A stretch of DNA of 24,000 bases, taken from the NCBI GenBank assembly GCA_017412625.1, contig JAFPWZ010000011.1, forward strand, positions 16,470-40,469, written 5' to 3'. Of the stretch, positions 1 through 7,404 are shown one piece after another (within the stretch, counting starts at the first letter, position 1; each line of letters starts with the position of its first letter). This stretch comes from Methanomicrobium sp. Lineage in GTDB: Archaea > Halobacteriota > Methanomicrobia > Methanomicrobiales > Methanomicrobiaceae. A program made the translations under genes and the position numbers. Below the pieces are notes generated by a model. That model saw nothing but the letters and a program-made list of their open reading frames with translations, had not been told where the DNA came from and searched no databases.

Positions 1-126
1 GCGGTAGTTGTTCTGGCACTTTGAGCTGCAGAAGTAGAAGATTGTACCGTCTTTCTTGACATACATCTTACCTGTTCCGGGCTCAATAGGCTCTCCGCAG
101 AATGTGCATACGTATGAATCTACCAT
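1..126 (-). CDS. rpl24e: 50S ribosomal protein L24e (N-terminal part; the C-terminus runs off the window start)
   Basis: Open-ended, so absent from the ORF track. The reverse complement from ATG (126-124) reads [42 protein letters not shown]. It has the C-x2-C ... C-x3-C zinc ribbon typical of L24e. It starts 2 nt after the S28e stop, matching the conserved archaeal L7Ae-S28e-L24e order. Confidence 0.85.
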   Translation of the reverse strand, partial: MVDSYVCTFCGEPIEPGTGKMYVKKDGTIFYFCSSKCQNNYR

Positions 127-128
127 TT

Positions 129-335
129 TCAGCGCCTCGATAATTTCTTAGCTTCACGTTCGGTTTCGATGAGCATAAGCACATCGCCCTCACGGATCGG
201 ACCCACGGTGTTGCGGGTGATGATCCTTCCCTTGTTTGTACCATCAAGAATACGGCATTTTACCTGAAATGCTTCACCGTGCATTCCGGTAGGACCGATA
301 ATCTCAATGACTTCTGCCGGCGTTGCGTCTGCCAT
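129..335 (-). CDS. rps28e: 30S ribosomal protein S28e
   Basis: The 68-aa ORF ([26 protein letters not shown]...[30 protein letters not shown]) matches the S28e family by eye. A GGTGAT Shine-Dalgarno sits 5 nt upstream (rc of 336-346 = ggtgatttatc). Confidence 0.95.
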   Translation of the reverse strand: MADATPAEVIEIIGPTGMHGEAFQVKCRILDGTNKGRIITRNTVGPIREGDVLMLIETEREAKKLSRR

Positions 336-346
336 GATAAATCACC

Positions 347-715
347 TTACTTTCTGAGTTCGGCAATCTGACCGAGAATCTCGTCAAGGAGGTCCTTTGC
401 TTTACCCGGCTTGACGATTGCAGCCGCTGCGGAGCCTACTTCGAGACCGCTTGCCGCACCGACATCGTTCTGCTTGTTGATGATTACATACGGGCAGTTC
501 TTCTCGTCACAGAGTGCGGGAAGGTGCATTACAATTTCTTCAGGTTCAACGTCGCCGCCGATTAAGACGAGAAGTGCAACTCCTCTCTCAACAGCTTTTG
601 TTGCTTCGTTTGATCCTTTCTTAATCTTTCCGGTGTCTCTTGAAAGTTCTAAGATCTCAAGAGCTTTGTTCTGAATCTCTTCAGGAACTTCGAATTTTGC
701 GTATACTTTAGACAT
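347..715 (-). CDS. rpl7ae: 50S ribosomal protein L7Ae (K-turn binding protein)
   Basis: The 122-aa ORF carries the L7Ae/L30e/S12e core ([45 protein letters not shown]). A GAGGTGA SD lies at 719-725 (rc). It is the first gene of the L7Ae-S28e-L24e operon. Confidence 0.95.
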   Translation of the reverse strand: MSKVYAKFEVPEEIQNKALEILELSRDTGKIKKGSNEATKAVERGVALLVLIGGDVEPEEIVMHLPALCDEKNCPYVIINKQNDVGAASGLEVGSAAAAIVKPGKAKDLLDEILGQIAELRK

Positions 716-860
716 AACTCACCTCATTCAGGAACAGATTGACATCCGATGATTACCGCCGTGGCGGAATCACACGAAATGCCGGCATAAACGGGGGGCT
801 TTGTGCCTTTCCCGACTTATAACTGCTCCCTCATCACTCATCAGTCAGTGATTGATGTGC

Positions 861-869
861 TATATTAAA
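861..869 (-). promoter_or_regulatory. Candidate TATA box for the L7Ae operon (TTTAATATA on the minus strand)
   Basis: This is the only good TTTAWATA match in the 716-1007 spacer. Its position about 150 nt upstream of the ATG implies a 5' leader of roughly 120 nt. Confidence 0.4.
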
Positions 870-949
870 TCGACATGAAAGCACATAAAGATTTTTGCAA
901 TGACCTGAGGACTCTTTTACGCCGCGGAATTAAAAGAGAGGGATGCGGC

Positions 950-1029
950 ATAAAGGTCGGATTATCATCTTAAAGGAAGAATAATTATCATAAAGGCAGG
1001 ATTATCATCACACAGGTCGGATTTCGTAA
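950..1029. repeat. 20-bp tandem repeat, 3 good copies plus 1 degenerate copy
   Basis: The copies are 950-969 ataaaggtcggattatcatc, 970-989 ttaaaggaagaataattatc and 990-1009 ataaaggcaggattatcatc. A degenerate fourth copy is 1010-1029 acacaggtcggatttcgtaa. The array spans the stop codon (1008-1010) of the DUF2298 gene. Confidence 0.75.
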
Positions 1030-3188
1030 ATGACCGTGCCGTCGTTTGAGTAGACAACGTTCAACTTATCAAGCGGCAGGTTTACATCGTAGACATCTCT
1101 TTCAGCCTGTCCCACAAAGATATGAGTCATACCGTATTTTGCCATCAGATTGAGACAGAGATCTGGGTTCTCGTAAATTCTTCTGACATCGCTCATTCTC
1201 TCACCGACATGCCCGTCGCTGCCGCGCCACATCTCTTCATGGAAGGGCATTCCGATTACAGTTGGTATTCCCGTAAATGTCGATACTCTGGAGTAGTATT
1301 TGTAGTCGCCGTCTTCAGCCTCGACTATTCCTCCGATACTGTTCGGGTCAAGGCTTTGAAGATAGACGAGTGCCTCGTAATCATCGGGATATTGAATGCT
1401 TACCCATTTCATTCCGTCGAGGTTTTGACCGCCGTATCCGTAACTTAAGTCGGGAACGGCAAACGGCATTGCGACAATTATGACCGCAAGTATGAGCGCG
1501 GGGATTGTGCCCGACCCGCGCAAAAGTGACGAAAGACCCGAGGCATCGGTCTCCGCAACGCCATCACTGCCGTCATATTTTCCCGAATCCGTATCGCAGG
1601 TTTCGTCTTCCGCAATACCGTTGCGCTTCTCGAAGAATCTGCCGATATAGGAGAGACAGGATACACTGAGCATCAGACATGCCATGACGCCGAACTTGAA
1701 GACCGTATTCTGCCTGTAATAGATATCGCCCATATTGTCCTTCAGATAGACAAGCTCGGTAAACATCACAATAAGTATTCCGACCGCGGCTATGATGTCC
1801 TGCGGCAGCTTCTCGGACTTTGAATCGAGAACGCGGGTTATGAGAGCAAGCGCGGGGATTATGCACAGACCCGCGCCCATGTATCCCGCGAGTGCAAAGA
1901 CGACGCCGAATATAATCAGATACGGTCTTTTTACGAGATCCCAGAAGGTCTCGGCATACAGCACGAAGAGGAAGAAACCGTATACCAGCAGAAACGGCAG
2001 GATTTCGGTCGGCGTTGTAACAAATCCGATTCCGTCGATTCCGCCGGCATTCATCATCAGATAATACGGCGCATAGATTAATACGGAGATTATCGGAACG
2101 CCGATGAATATGAGCATAGGAATGTTTCGTATCAGATCCGTAAGCCAATGCCCGAGACCGCCCGCATCGTTCACATAACCCGCGCCATCCTCACAGAACT
2201 CACTCTCCGCAATCCCAGCCCGATATTCCTTATGTCCAGTGATCAGGGCAAAGAGAAGCATCAGCGGCGCATAGACCAGGACATCCCATGTGTTCATCAG
2301 CGGCATGCTTCCGAGACTCAATGCGAGTGCGGCGGCGACAAGAACCCTGCCCCGCTCATTCAAGGCATGCCACTTCAGATAAACGAGCATTAAGAGGAAT
2401 ATGAAGAGCAGCTGATTGAACATCGCAATCACATGCGCATGCGGGTCGCCCCAGAGCATTGAAAATATCGGATACTCGGTGATGCAGTTTTCTATTGTTC
2501 GCGTGCTGTCCCACATCACCGAAGTCAGAGGGTTTCCGAGCGCCAGATACCAGACAAAAGCGGGATTCACCAGAAAGAGCGTCAGAACCGGCAGCCAGTG
2601 ATATCTCTTAAGCAGTAGTCTGCCGCAGGCAAAGAGCGAGACCCCCATATTTGCGAATACGGTCGGCAGTATCAGATTGAAGACAACGGTCGACTTAATG
2701 CCGAGTATTGCGCCGATCGCGCCGAACATCCAGTGACCCAGATAATAATATACATCCAGGACGCCGCCGGCATACCACGGATCCGCGGGGGATACGACGG
2801 GATTATTGATTATCGAGACCAGAAACGCATGATCCATCAGTTTTTCGCCGTAGCTCACGGACGGGTTGAGATACCGCACCTCAAGCATGGCTATGAAGAG
2901 CAGCAGAAAGACCAGATCCCATGAGAGATTCCCGCGCAGACTCTCTAGGTCATACTCGCGCATATACGCAAAGTAAACCAGAAGAATGGCAAACGGTATC
3001 AGTGCGGCGTAAAGCGTCACTCCGACAAGCCCGCAATACCATGTAAGGAGGGTCAGAAAGAGAAGCGAAAGCGGATACGAGATGCCGTAGGCAAAGCGCG
3101 GCAATGCGCCCTTAAATATCGGATATATGGATAACTGGATGAATTTCAGGAGTATCAGCCAGACAACTGCGGCAAAGAGTTCGTTCAT
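1008..3188 (-). CDS. Polytopic membrane protein, DUF2298 / Chlor_Arch_YYY family (GT-C-like, putative glycosyltransferase)
   Basis: The 726-aa ORF has many hydrophobic helices over about 560 aa, then a soluble C-terminal domain of about 130 aa. It contains DVYYYLGHW, the YYY motif that names the family. The family name is recalled from memory, not searched. Confidence 0.7.
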   Translation of the reverse strand: MNELFAAVVWLILLKFIQLSIYPIFKGALPRFAYGISYPLSLLFLTLLTWYCGLVGVTLYAALIPFAILLVYFAYMREYDLESLRGNLSWDLVFLLLFIAMLEVRYLNPSVSYGEKLMDHAFLVSIINNPVVSPADPWYAGGVLDVYYYLGHWMFGAIGAILGIKSTVVFNLILPTVFANMGVSLFACGRLLLKRYHWLPVLTLFLVNPAFVWYLALGNPLTSVMWDSTRTIENCITEYPIFSMLWGDPHAHVIAMFNQLLFIFLLMLVYLKWHALNERGRVLVAAALALSLGSMPLMNTWDVLVYAPLMLLFALITGHKEYRAGIAESEFCEDGAGYVNDAGGLGHWLTDLIRNIPMLIFIGVPIISVLIYAPYYLMMNAGGIDGIGFVTTPTEILPFLLVYGFFLFVLYAETFWDLVKRPYLIIFGVVFALAGYMGAGLCIIPALALITRVLDSKSEKLPQDIIAAVGILIVMFTELVYLKDNMGDIYYRQNTVFKFGVMACLMLSVSCLSYIGRFFEKRNGIAEDETCDTDSGKYDGSDGVAETDASGLSSLLRGSGTIPALILAVIIVAMPFAVPDLSYGYGGQNLDGMKWVSIQYPDDYEALVYLQSLDPNSIGGIVEAEDGDYKYYSRVSTFTGIPTVIGMPFHEEMWRGSDGHVGERMSDVRRIYENPDLCLNLMAKYGMTHIFVGQAERDVYDVNLPLDKLNVVYSNDGTVIYEIRPV

Positions 3189-3236
3189 GCTTACTAATTA
3201 ACTGTTAATTTATGTTTTCAGTCGTTAAAAAATCAG

Positions 3237-3314
3237 TCATTAATTTCCGATTAATTTCACTTACCGATTAATTTCACTTACCGATTAATTTCACTTACCG
3301 ATTAATTCCCATTA
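3237..3314. repeat. 17-bp tandem repeat (ccgattaatttcactta): 3 perfect copies plus degenerate flanking copies
   Basis: Perfect copies lie at 3247-3263, 3264-3280 and 3281-3297. A degenerate copy is 3298-3314 (ccgattaattcccatta), and a partial copy precedes at 3237-3246. The array ends 5 nt from the stop of the 3320-4291 gene and lies upstream of the DUF2298 start. Confidence 0.9.
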
Positions 3315-3319
3315 AATAC

Positions 3320-4291
3320 TCAGTCCTTAATGTCCTCTTTGGTAATTCCCTTCGAGAAAGCCCTCTTCATGAGGTCAACCGACCAGTCACCGAAGATATA
3401 CAGGGAGACAACGCCGCCGATAAGCGTGACCACATTCTTCACAAGGTGATCGATTACGGCGATTATGGTCGCGACTGCAGCAGGCGTTCCCGATATGGCA
3501 AGTGTCAGTGCAACCGCAATCTCGTAAGTTCCTATGCCTCCGGGCGTCACCGGCACCGCTTTTACGAGATTACCTATGACAATTGCCAGAACAATTATGA
3601 TAAACGGAATCTGCGCATTGAACATAAGCGCAATGACATAGCAGATGAGGGAATCCATGAGCCAGATGATGACGGTTGTGGAAGAAAGCACGAAAAGCGC
3701 GGGTATGCTCGAGTAAGCCTTCTTAATCTCGGCGATAAGATTGAGACCGAAGGCAATGAATCTGTTACTGCTGTGAATGTCTTTAAGCGCGAAGATTACC
3801 AGAACGAAGATAAACGAGACTGCGAGCGTGAATCCGATGACGGTCGAGAACCATTCCGGCACATTGAGGATGAACGGCATGGTGACGGCTCCGAGAAGAG
3901 CGACGATCACGATATCAAAGAAGCGCTCCGCAACAATTGAGGAAAGTCCGTTGGAATAGGTTGCACCGGATTCATGCTTTATGATGAACAGTCTGAGCAG
4001 ATCCCCGAGCCTTGCGGGAATAATCATGTTCGCAGTCTGTGAGATAAAGATACAGGCAATCGATTTGAAGAGACTTATATCGACGCTGAGTTTCTCAAGA
4101 ATATATTTGTACCTCAGTCCCCTCAGAATCCACGACAAGAAACAGATCAGCACCGCAATTATGAGATATGCCGGAACGGCGTTCTCGATGGCAATAAAGA
4201 GATCGTCGCGGATACTGTAAAGCATATAGACAATGATTGCGACGGCAATTATTGTGGGAATTACGAATGCGCCTATTTTTTTAAGATTCAT
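3320..4291 (-). CDS. UPF0104 / lysylphosphatidylglycerol-synthase-TM-like (flippase-like) membrane protein
   Basis: The 323-aa ORF has about 8 TM helices. It has the arginine-rich loop (RGLRYKYIL ... PARLGDLLR) and the C-terminal PVTPGGIGTYE motif typical of PF03706-type proteins. GGAG lies 5 nt upstream of the ATG (rc of 4292-4303). Confidence 0.75.
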   Translation of the reverse strand: MNLKKIGAFVIPTIIAVAIIVYMLYSIRDDLFIAIENAVPAYLIIAVLICFLSWILRGLRYKYILEKLSVDISLFKSIACIFISQTANMIIPARLGDLLRLFIIKHESGATYSNGLSSIVAERFFDIVIVALLGAVTMPFILNVPEWFSTVIGFTLAVSFIFVLVIFALKDIHSSNRFIAFGLNLIAEIKKAYSSIPALFVLSSTTVIIWLMDSLICYVIALMFNAQIPFIIIVLAIVIGNLVKAVPVTPGGIGTYEIAVALTLAISGTPAAVATIIAVIDHLVKNVVTLIGGVVSLYIFGDWSVDLMKRAFSKGITKEDIKD

Positions 4292-4465
4292 TTATTCTCC
4301 GGATTCTCTGAGCTTCTCTTAACTCTGATTCTCTGCTCTATTATATTCTGTAATTATCTGCTAATAAGATACTGCAATTATACGAGAATAGGATTCTCCT
4401 GCAATAATCTGAAATTAATATATGATTTACAGAGCACTTCTTCTTTTTGCATCATCGTTGCGCAG

Positions 4466-4532
4466 TTGCACATTATTAGTTGTGCATTATTCGTTTTGCA
4501 TAATCATCAACATAATTCAACATAATTTATGC
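4466..4532. repeat. Degenerate periodic array of about 14-15 bp (TGCA-ATTAT core) in the cetZ upstream region
   Basis: Successive units are ttgcacattatta (4466-4478), gttgtgcattattc (4479-4492) and gttttgcataatcatc (4493-4508). They continue with aacataattc (4509-4518) and aacataatttatgc (4519-4532). Confidence 0.55.
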
Positions 4533-4857
4533 GAGCGCATATGCAATTTGAATGAAAAGGGGTGTGAAGATATGCGTGAGAACAATGCGTTAAGACGTAT
4601 TGTTAAAGCGGGATAACAATATTCGCCAACACCGGATTAAATAAAATACATTAACTTCACGAACCTATATTGTACATGCATAGAGATGCAACATACAAGA
4701 TCACTGCATTAAAATTGTCAGACATTACGATTAAAAGAGTAATTTTCTGTAAAAATAATGTGAATGGATAAGAAGGTTTTTGAAGTAATGAAGTAATACA
4801 TTTTTATATCCTGAAACAATTGGAAGACTAGTATTCCATTGGATGGTGTTTTGTTAA

Positions 4858-6030
4858 ATGAGAGTCTTTTTCATAGGATTTGGCCAGGCCGGGGGCAAAA
4901 TAGTAGATATGTTCATGGAACAGGATAAAAGAGCCCCTGTCCGAAGCTTTAGAGGTATTGCAGTAAACACTGCAAGAACTGACCTGATGGGTCTTAAAAA
5001 TATAGAGTTGCGTGACCGCATTCTTATTGGACAGACCGTCGTAAAAGGTCACGGTGTAGGCACCGATAACGTAACCGGCGCTAAAATTACCGCAGATGAG
5101 ATAGACAGCATCATAAATACAATCGATACAAGAGGTACCCACGATATCGATGCATTTGTAGTCTGTGCAGGTCTCGGAGGCGGAACAGGCTCGGGAGGAT
5201 CCCCCGTACTCTGCCGCCACTTAAAGCGCATATACCGTGAGCCTGTATACGCTCTCGGAATTCTTCCGGCTCCCGAAGAAGGAAGACTTTATTCCTACAA
5301 TGCGGCAAGAAGTCTCTCCACGCTTGTAAACGAAGCCGATAACACCTTCATCTTCGATAACAGCGCATGGAAGAACGAGGGAGAGAGTGTCAGAACCGCA
5401 TACGAACGCCTCAACGATGAGATTGTACGCCGCTTAGGTGTTCTCTTCCGTGCCGGCGAAGTCGGCAAGAACGGCGTAGGTGAGATGGTCGTCGATTCCA
5501 GTGAGATCATTAACACCCTGCGCGGCGGCGGTGTGACCTCGGTCGGTTACGCAATCAGCGAGAAAGTGACCAAGAGTGTTCAGCAGAAGAAAGGATTCCT
5601 CGGCGGATTCTCTGTCAAGAAGAAGGAAGCAACCGAGGAAGTGCTCACCGGCGAAGACAAATCCGCAAAAGTCATAGGACTCGTAAGACGTGCAATGCTC
5701 GGAAGGCTTACGCTCCCGTGCGACTATACGACCGCGGAACGTGCCCTTGTCCTTATCGCAGGTCCTCCTGACGAGATGGACAGAAAGGGTGTCGAGAAAT
5801 CGAAGTCCTGGGTTGAGGAGAACATCGCCGGCGTAGAAGTTCGCGGCGGAGATTATCCTACCGAGAGTTCCAAGATTGCGGCAGTTGTGGTTCTGGCTAC
5901 AATCGGCGACGCACCGCGTATCAGAGAACTTCTCGAGATAGCAAAAGAGACAAAGGAAGACGTTATCAAGTCCAAAGAGCGCCGTGTGACGATGTTTGAT
6001 AACGGCGAGATCGATCCGCTGTTTGAGTGA
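4858..6030 (+). CDS. cetZ: CetZ-type tubulin/FtsZ-superfamily GTPase
   Basis: The 390-aa ORF has the N-terminal GFGQAGGKI motif and the tubulin signature GLGGGTGSG. NTARTDL and an overall CetZ-like layout are present. TTTTTATAT (4801-4809) and GGTG (4844-4847) lie upstream. Confidence 0.9.
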   Translation: MRVFFIGFGQAGGKIVDMFMEQDKRAPVRSFRGIAVNTARTDLMGLKNIELRDRILIGQTVVKGHGVGTDNVTGAKITADEIDSIINTIDTRGTHDIDAFVVCAGLGGGTGSGGSPVLCRHLKRIYREPVYALGILPAPEEGRLYSYNAARSLSTLVNEADNTFIFDNSAWKNEGESVRTAYERLNDEIVRRLGVLFRAGEVGKNGVGEMVVDSSEIINTLRGGGVTSVGYAISEKVTKSVQQKKGFLGGFSVKKKEATEEVLTGEDKSAKVIGLVRRAMLGRLTLPCDYTTAERALVLIAGPPDEMDRKGVEKSKSWVEENIAGVEVRGGDYPTESSKIAAVVVLATIGDAPRIRELLEIAKETKEDVIKSKERRVTMFDNGEIDPLFE

Positions 6031-6035
6031 GTAGC

Positions 6036-7145
6036 ATGAAAAAATCCATATTATTTTTAATACTGGCAATTTTTGTACTCTGCCTCGCCCAGTCTGTCTC
6101 GGCCGCAAACATTCAGGAACCGGTCACTAAAATTACACCCGCTCAGACATCGTATACCCCGGGAGACAGAGTAACAATTACTGCCGAAGTGCCCTTTGCC
6201 ACAACAGGCGGATCAACATTCCCGGGACAGCATTCTGTCAGGGCATATACCGATCTTGACAATCCCGAATGGGTATACTCGGTCAAGATAAACGGTCATG
6301 GTCTGGAACAGACTGTAAGCAGACAGGTAATAACCATAAGCGGCTATATGCTTGATTACCCGTCACAAAATACTATAGCGCTGAGTATAGTTTTGACAGG
6401 TACTATTCCTTCAATGCCTACAAGCGGTGAAAAAGCAATCTTCAGTATTGAACAGATAAATGAAAACGGCAATACCGTATCTGGAAGTCACTATGAAGTG
6501 GATGTAATGATAGTAATTCCGGAGGATATCGACAAATTACGTGCCATTGTTGAGTCGGATTTGAACACGTTTGATACCGAAATTACAGACAAATTAAAGA
6601 CCGGTGTTGATGTTTCTCAGGCACAGGCCAAATACGATGCCGCAAGAGAGAAATGGATTCAGTCGGCAACGGCATCATACGCGACCGCAAAGGTGCTTCT
6701 GGACGATGCACAGAAGTTAATTACGGAAGGTAAAACGCAACTCGAGAAATCCTGGGCACAGAAATCCATAGACGAGACGACTGCGGCCTTGGAAAAGACC
6801 GCTTTCTATATCACGGACTTCAAGGTCAACCGCAGCATGAGCAACGATGCAAGAGTTCTCAACATTGAAACAAAGGTCGAATCCGCTCAGTCATCGCTTA
6901 ACTCCGCAAACGGTCTGATGGCAAACGAAAACTATGCACAGGCATATACGGTTGCCGAGACTGCACATGCAAAAGCTTCGGAAGCACTCGCAAATGCGGA
7001 AGAACTCTATGCTGAAGTCAGTAAAGGAATTATTCCGGATATGGGCGGCGCAGGTCTCTTTGTAATAATCGGCATTGTGGTTGTCATTGCAATTGTCGGA
7101 TTCTTTGTATACAGGCGTCAGACATCCTGGGATGAACTGGGATAA
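6036..7145 (+). CDS. Secreted type-I membrane protein of unknown function (signal peptide, beta-rich ectodomain, long helical region, C-terminal TM anchor)
   Basis: The track ORF starts at GTG 6027, but ATG 6036 gives a classic signal peptide, MKKSILFLILAIFVLCLAQSVSA/AN. The C-terminal TM is GLFVIIGIVVVIAIVGFFVY, followed by the tail RRQTSWDELG. The ATG lies 5 nt after the cetZ stop. Confidence 0.7.
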   Translation: MKKSILFLILAIFVLCLAQSVSAANIQEPVTKITPAQTSYTPGDRVTITAEVPFATTGGSTFPGQHSVRAYTDLDNPEWVYSVKINGHGLEQTVSRQVITISGYMLDYPSQNTIALSIVLTGTIPSMPTSGEKAIFSIEQINENGNTVSGSHYEVDVMIVIPEDIDKLRAIVESDLNTFDTEITDKLKTGVDVSQAQAKYDAAREKWIQSATASYATAKVLLDDAQKLITEGKTQLEKSWAQKSIDETTAALEKTAFYITDFKVNRSMSNDARVLNIETKVESAQSSLNSANGLMANENYAQAYTVAETAHAKASEALANAEELYAEVSKGIIPDMGGAGLFVIIGIVVVIAIVGFFVYRRQTSWDELG

Positions 7146-7184
7146 AACAAAACATCTGACAAAACAACAAAACACCAATAATTC

Positions 7185-7203
7185 TTTTTTACATCACTTT
7201 TTT
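7185..7203 (+). terminator. Oligo-T terminator candidates (two T6 runs)
   Basis: T6 runs at 7185-7190 and 7198-7203 lie 40-58 nt after the stop at 7145. Archaeal termination uses oligo-T tracts. Confidence 0.5.
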
Positions 7204-7382
7204 ACAGGACACATTGTTATCATACGTTTTTCAGAATATTAACGATTAAACGATTGCCGTCGGCGATTTCAAAAACAATAGTATCCTACCAACAGTATCC
7301 GGACAACATTTCCAAAAAAAGTATCAAATGATAAACAGGGGATACAATTCCGGTAATCATTCTGAAATTATGAGAATATCTT

Positions 7383-7389
7383 AAAAAAA
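7383..7389 (-). terminator. Oligo-T (T7 on the minus strand) terminator candidate for the nfnAB-like operon
   Basis: An A7 run on the plus strand gives T7 on the minus strand, 16 nt downstream of the TAA at 7405-7407. A second A7 run lies at 7314-7320. Confidence 0.5.
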
Positions 7390-7404
7390 GAGAGTTAGTA
7401 TATC

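Noticed and set aside
745-775. A hairpin in the L7Ae leader (UGAUU-CCGC-CACG-GCGG-U-AAUCA on the minus strand) as the K-turn.
   Set aside because: It lacks tandem sheared G-A/A-G pairs next to a 3-nt bulge in either orientation. It is only an ordinary stem-loop.
3237-3314. The tandem repeats at 950-1029, 3237-3314 and 17457-17491 as possible CRISPR arrays.
   Set aside because: The units are directly adjacent with no spacers. They are 17-20 bp and AT-rich, and no cas genes are present.
4422-4616. A 64-aa ORF in the cetZ upstream spacer.
   Set aside because: The translation is hydrophobic and Cys-rich and comes from AT-rich repeat DNA, with no SD or promoter at its ATG. Only the last 14 codons (ATG 4572) have an SD-like element, and that micro-ORF is mentioned as a low-confidence item instead.
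4292-4857. The AT-rich 566-bp spacer as a replication origin. A TTCCATTGGA element at 4834-4843 loosely resembles a mini-ORB.
   Set aside because: There is only one such element, with no repeated ORB/G-string pattern and no orc1/cdc6 gene in the window. It sits between the cetZ TATA and ATG, so it is more simply a leader or promoter element.
6027-6035. GTG 6027 as the start of the membrane protein, which would overlap the cetZ stop.
   Set aside because: ATG 6036 yields a textbook signal peptide starting MKK, and the three extra codons (MSS) add nothing.
5434-6108. Long antisense ORFs opposite well-supported genes. Examples are 5434-6108(-), 7519-8052(+), 8299-8859(+), 11442-12041(+), 12471-13001(+), 18510-19142(+), 20026-20910(-), 22442-23017(-), 1573-2148(-), 3446-3940(+) and 16679-17155(-).
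   Set aside because: Each lies entirely within, and antisense to or out of frame with, a gene that has clear family motifs. Their translations are Arg/Ser/Cys-rich low-information sequences with no recognisable motifs. These are typical shadow ORFs.
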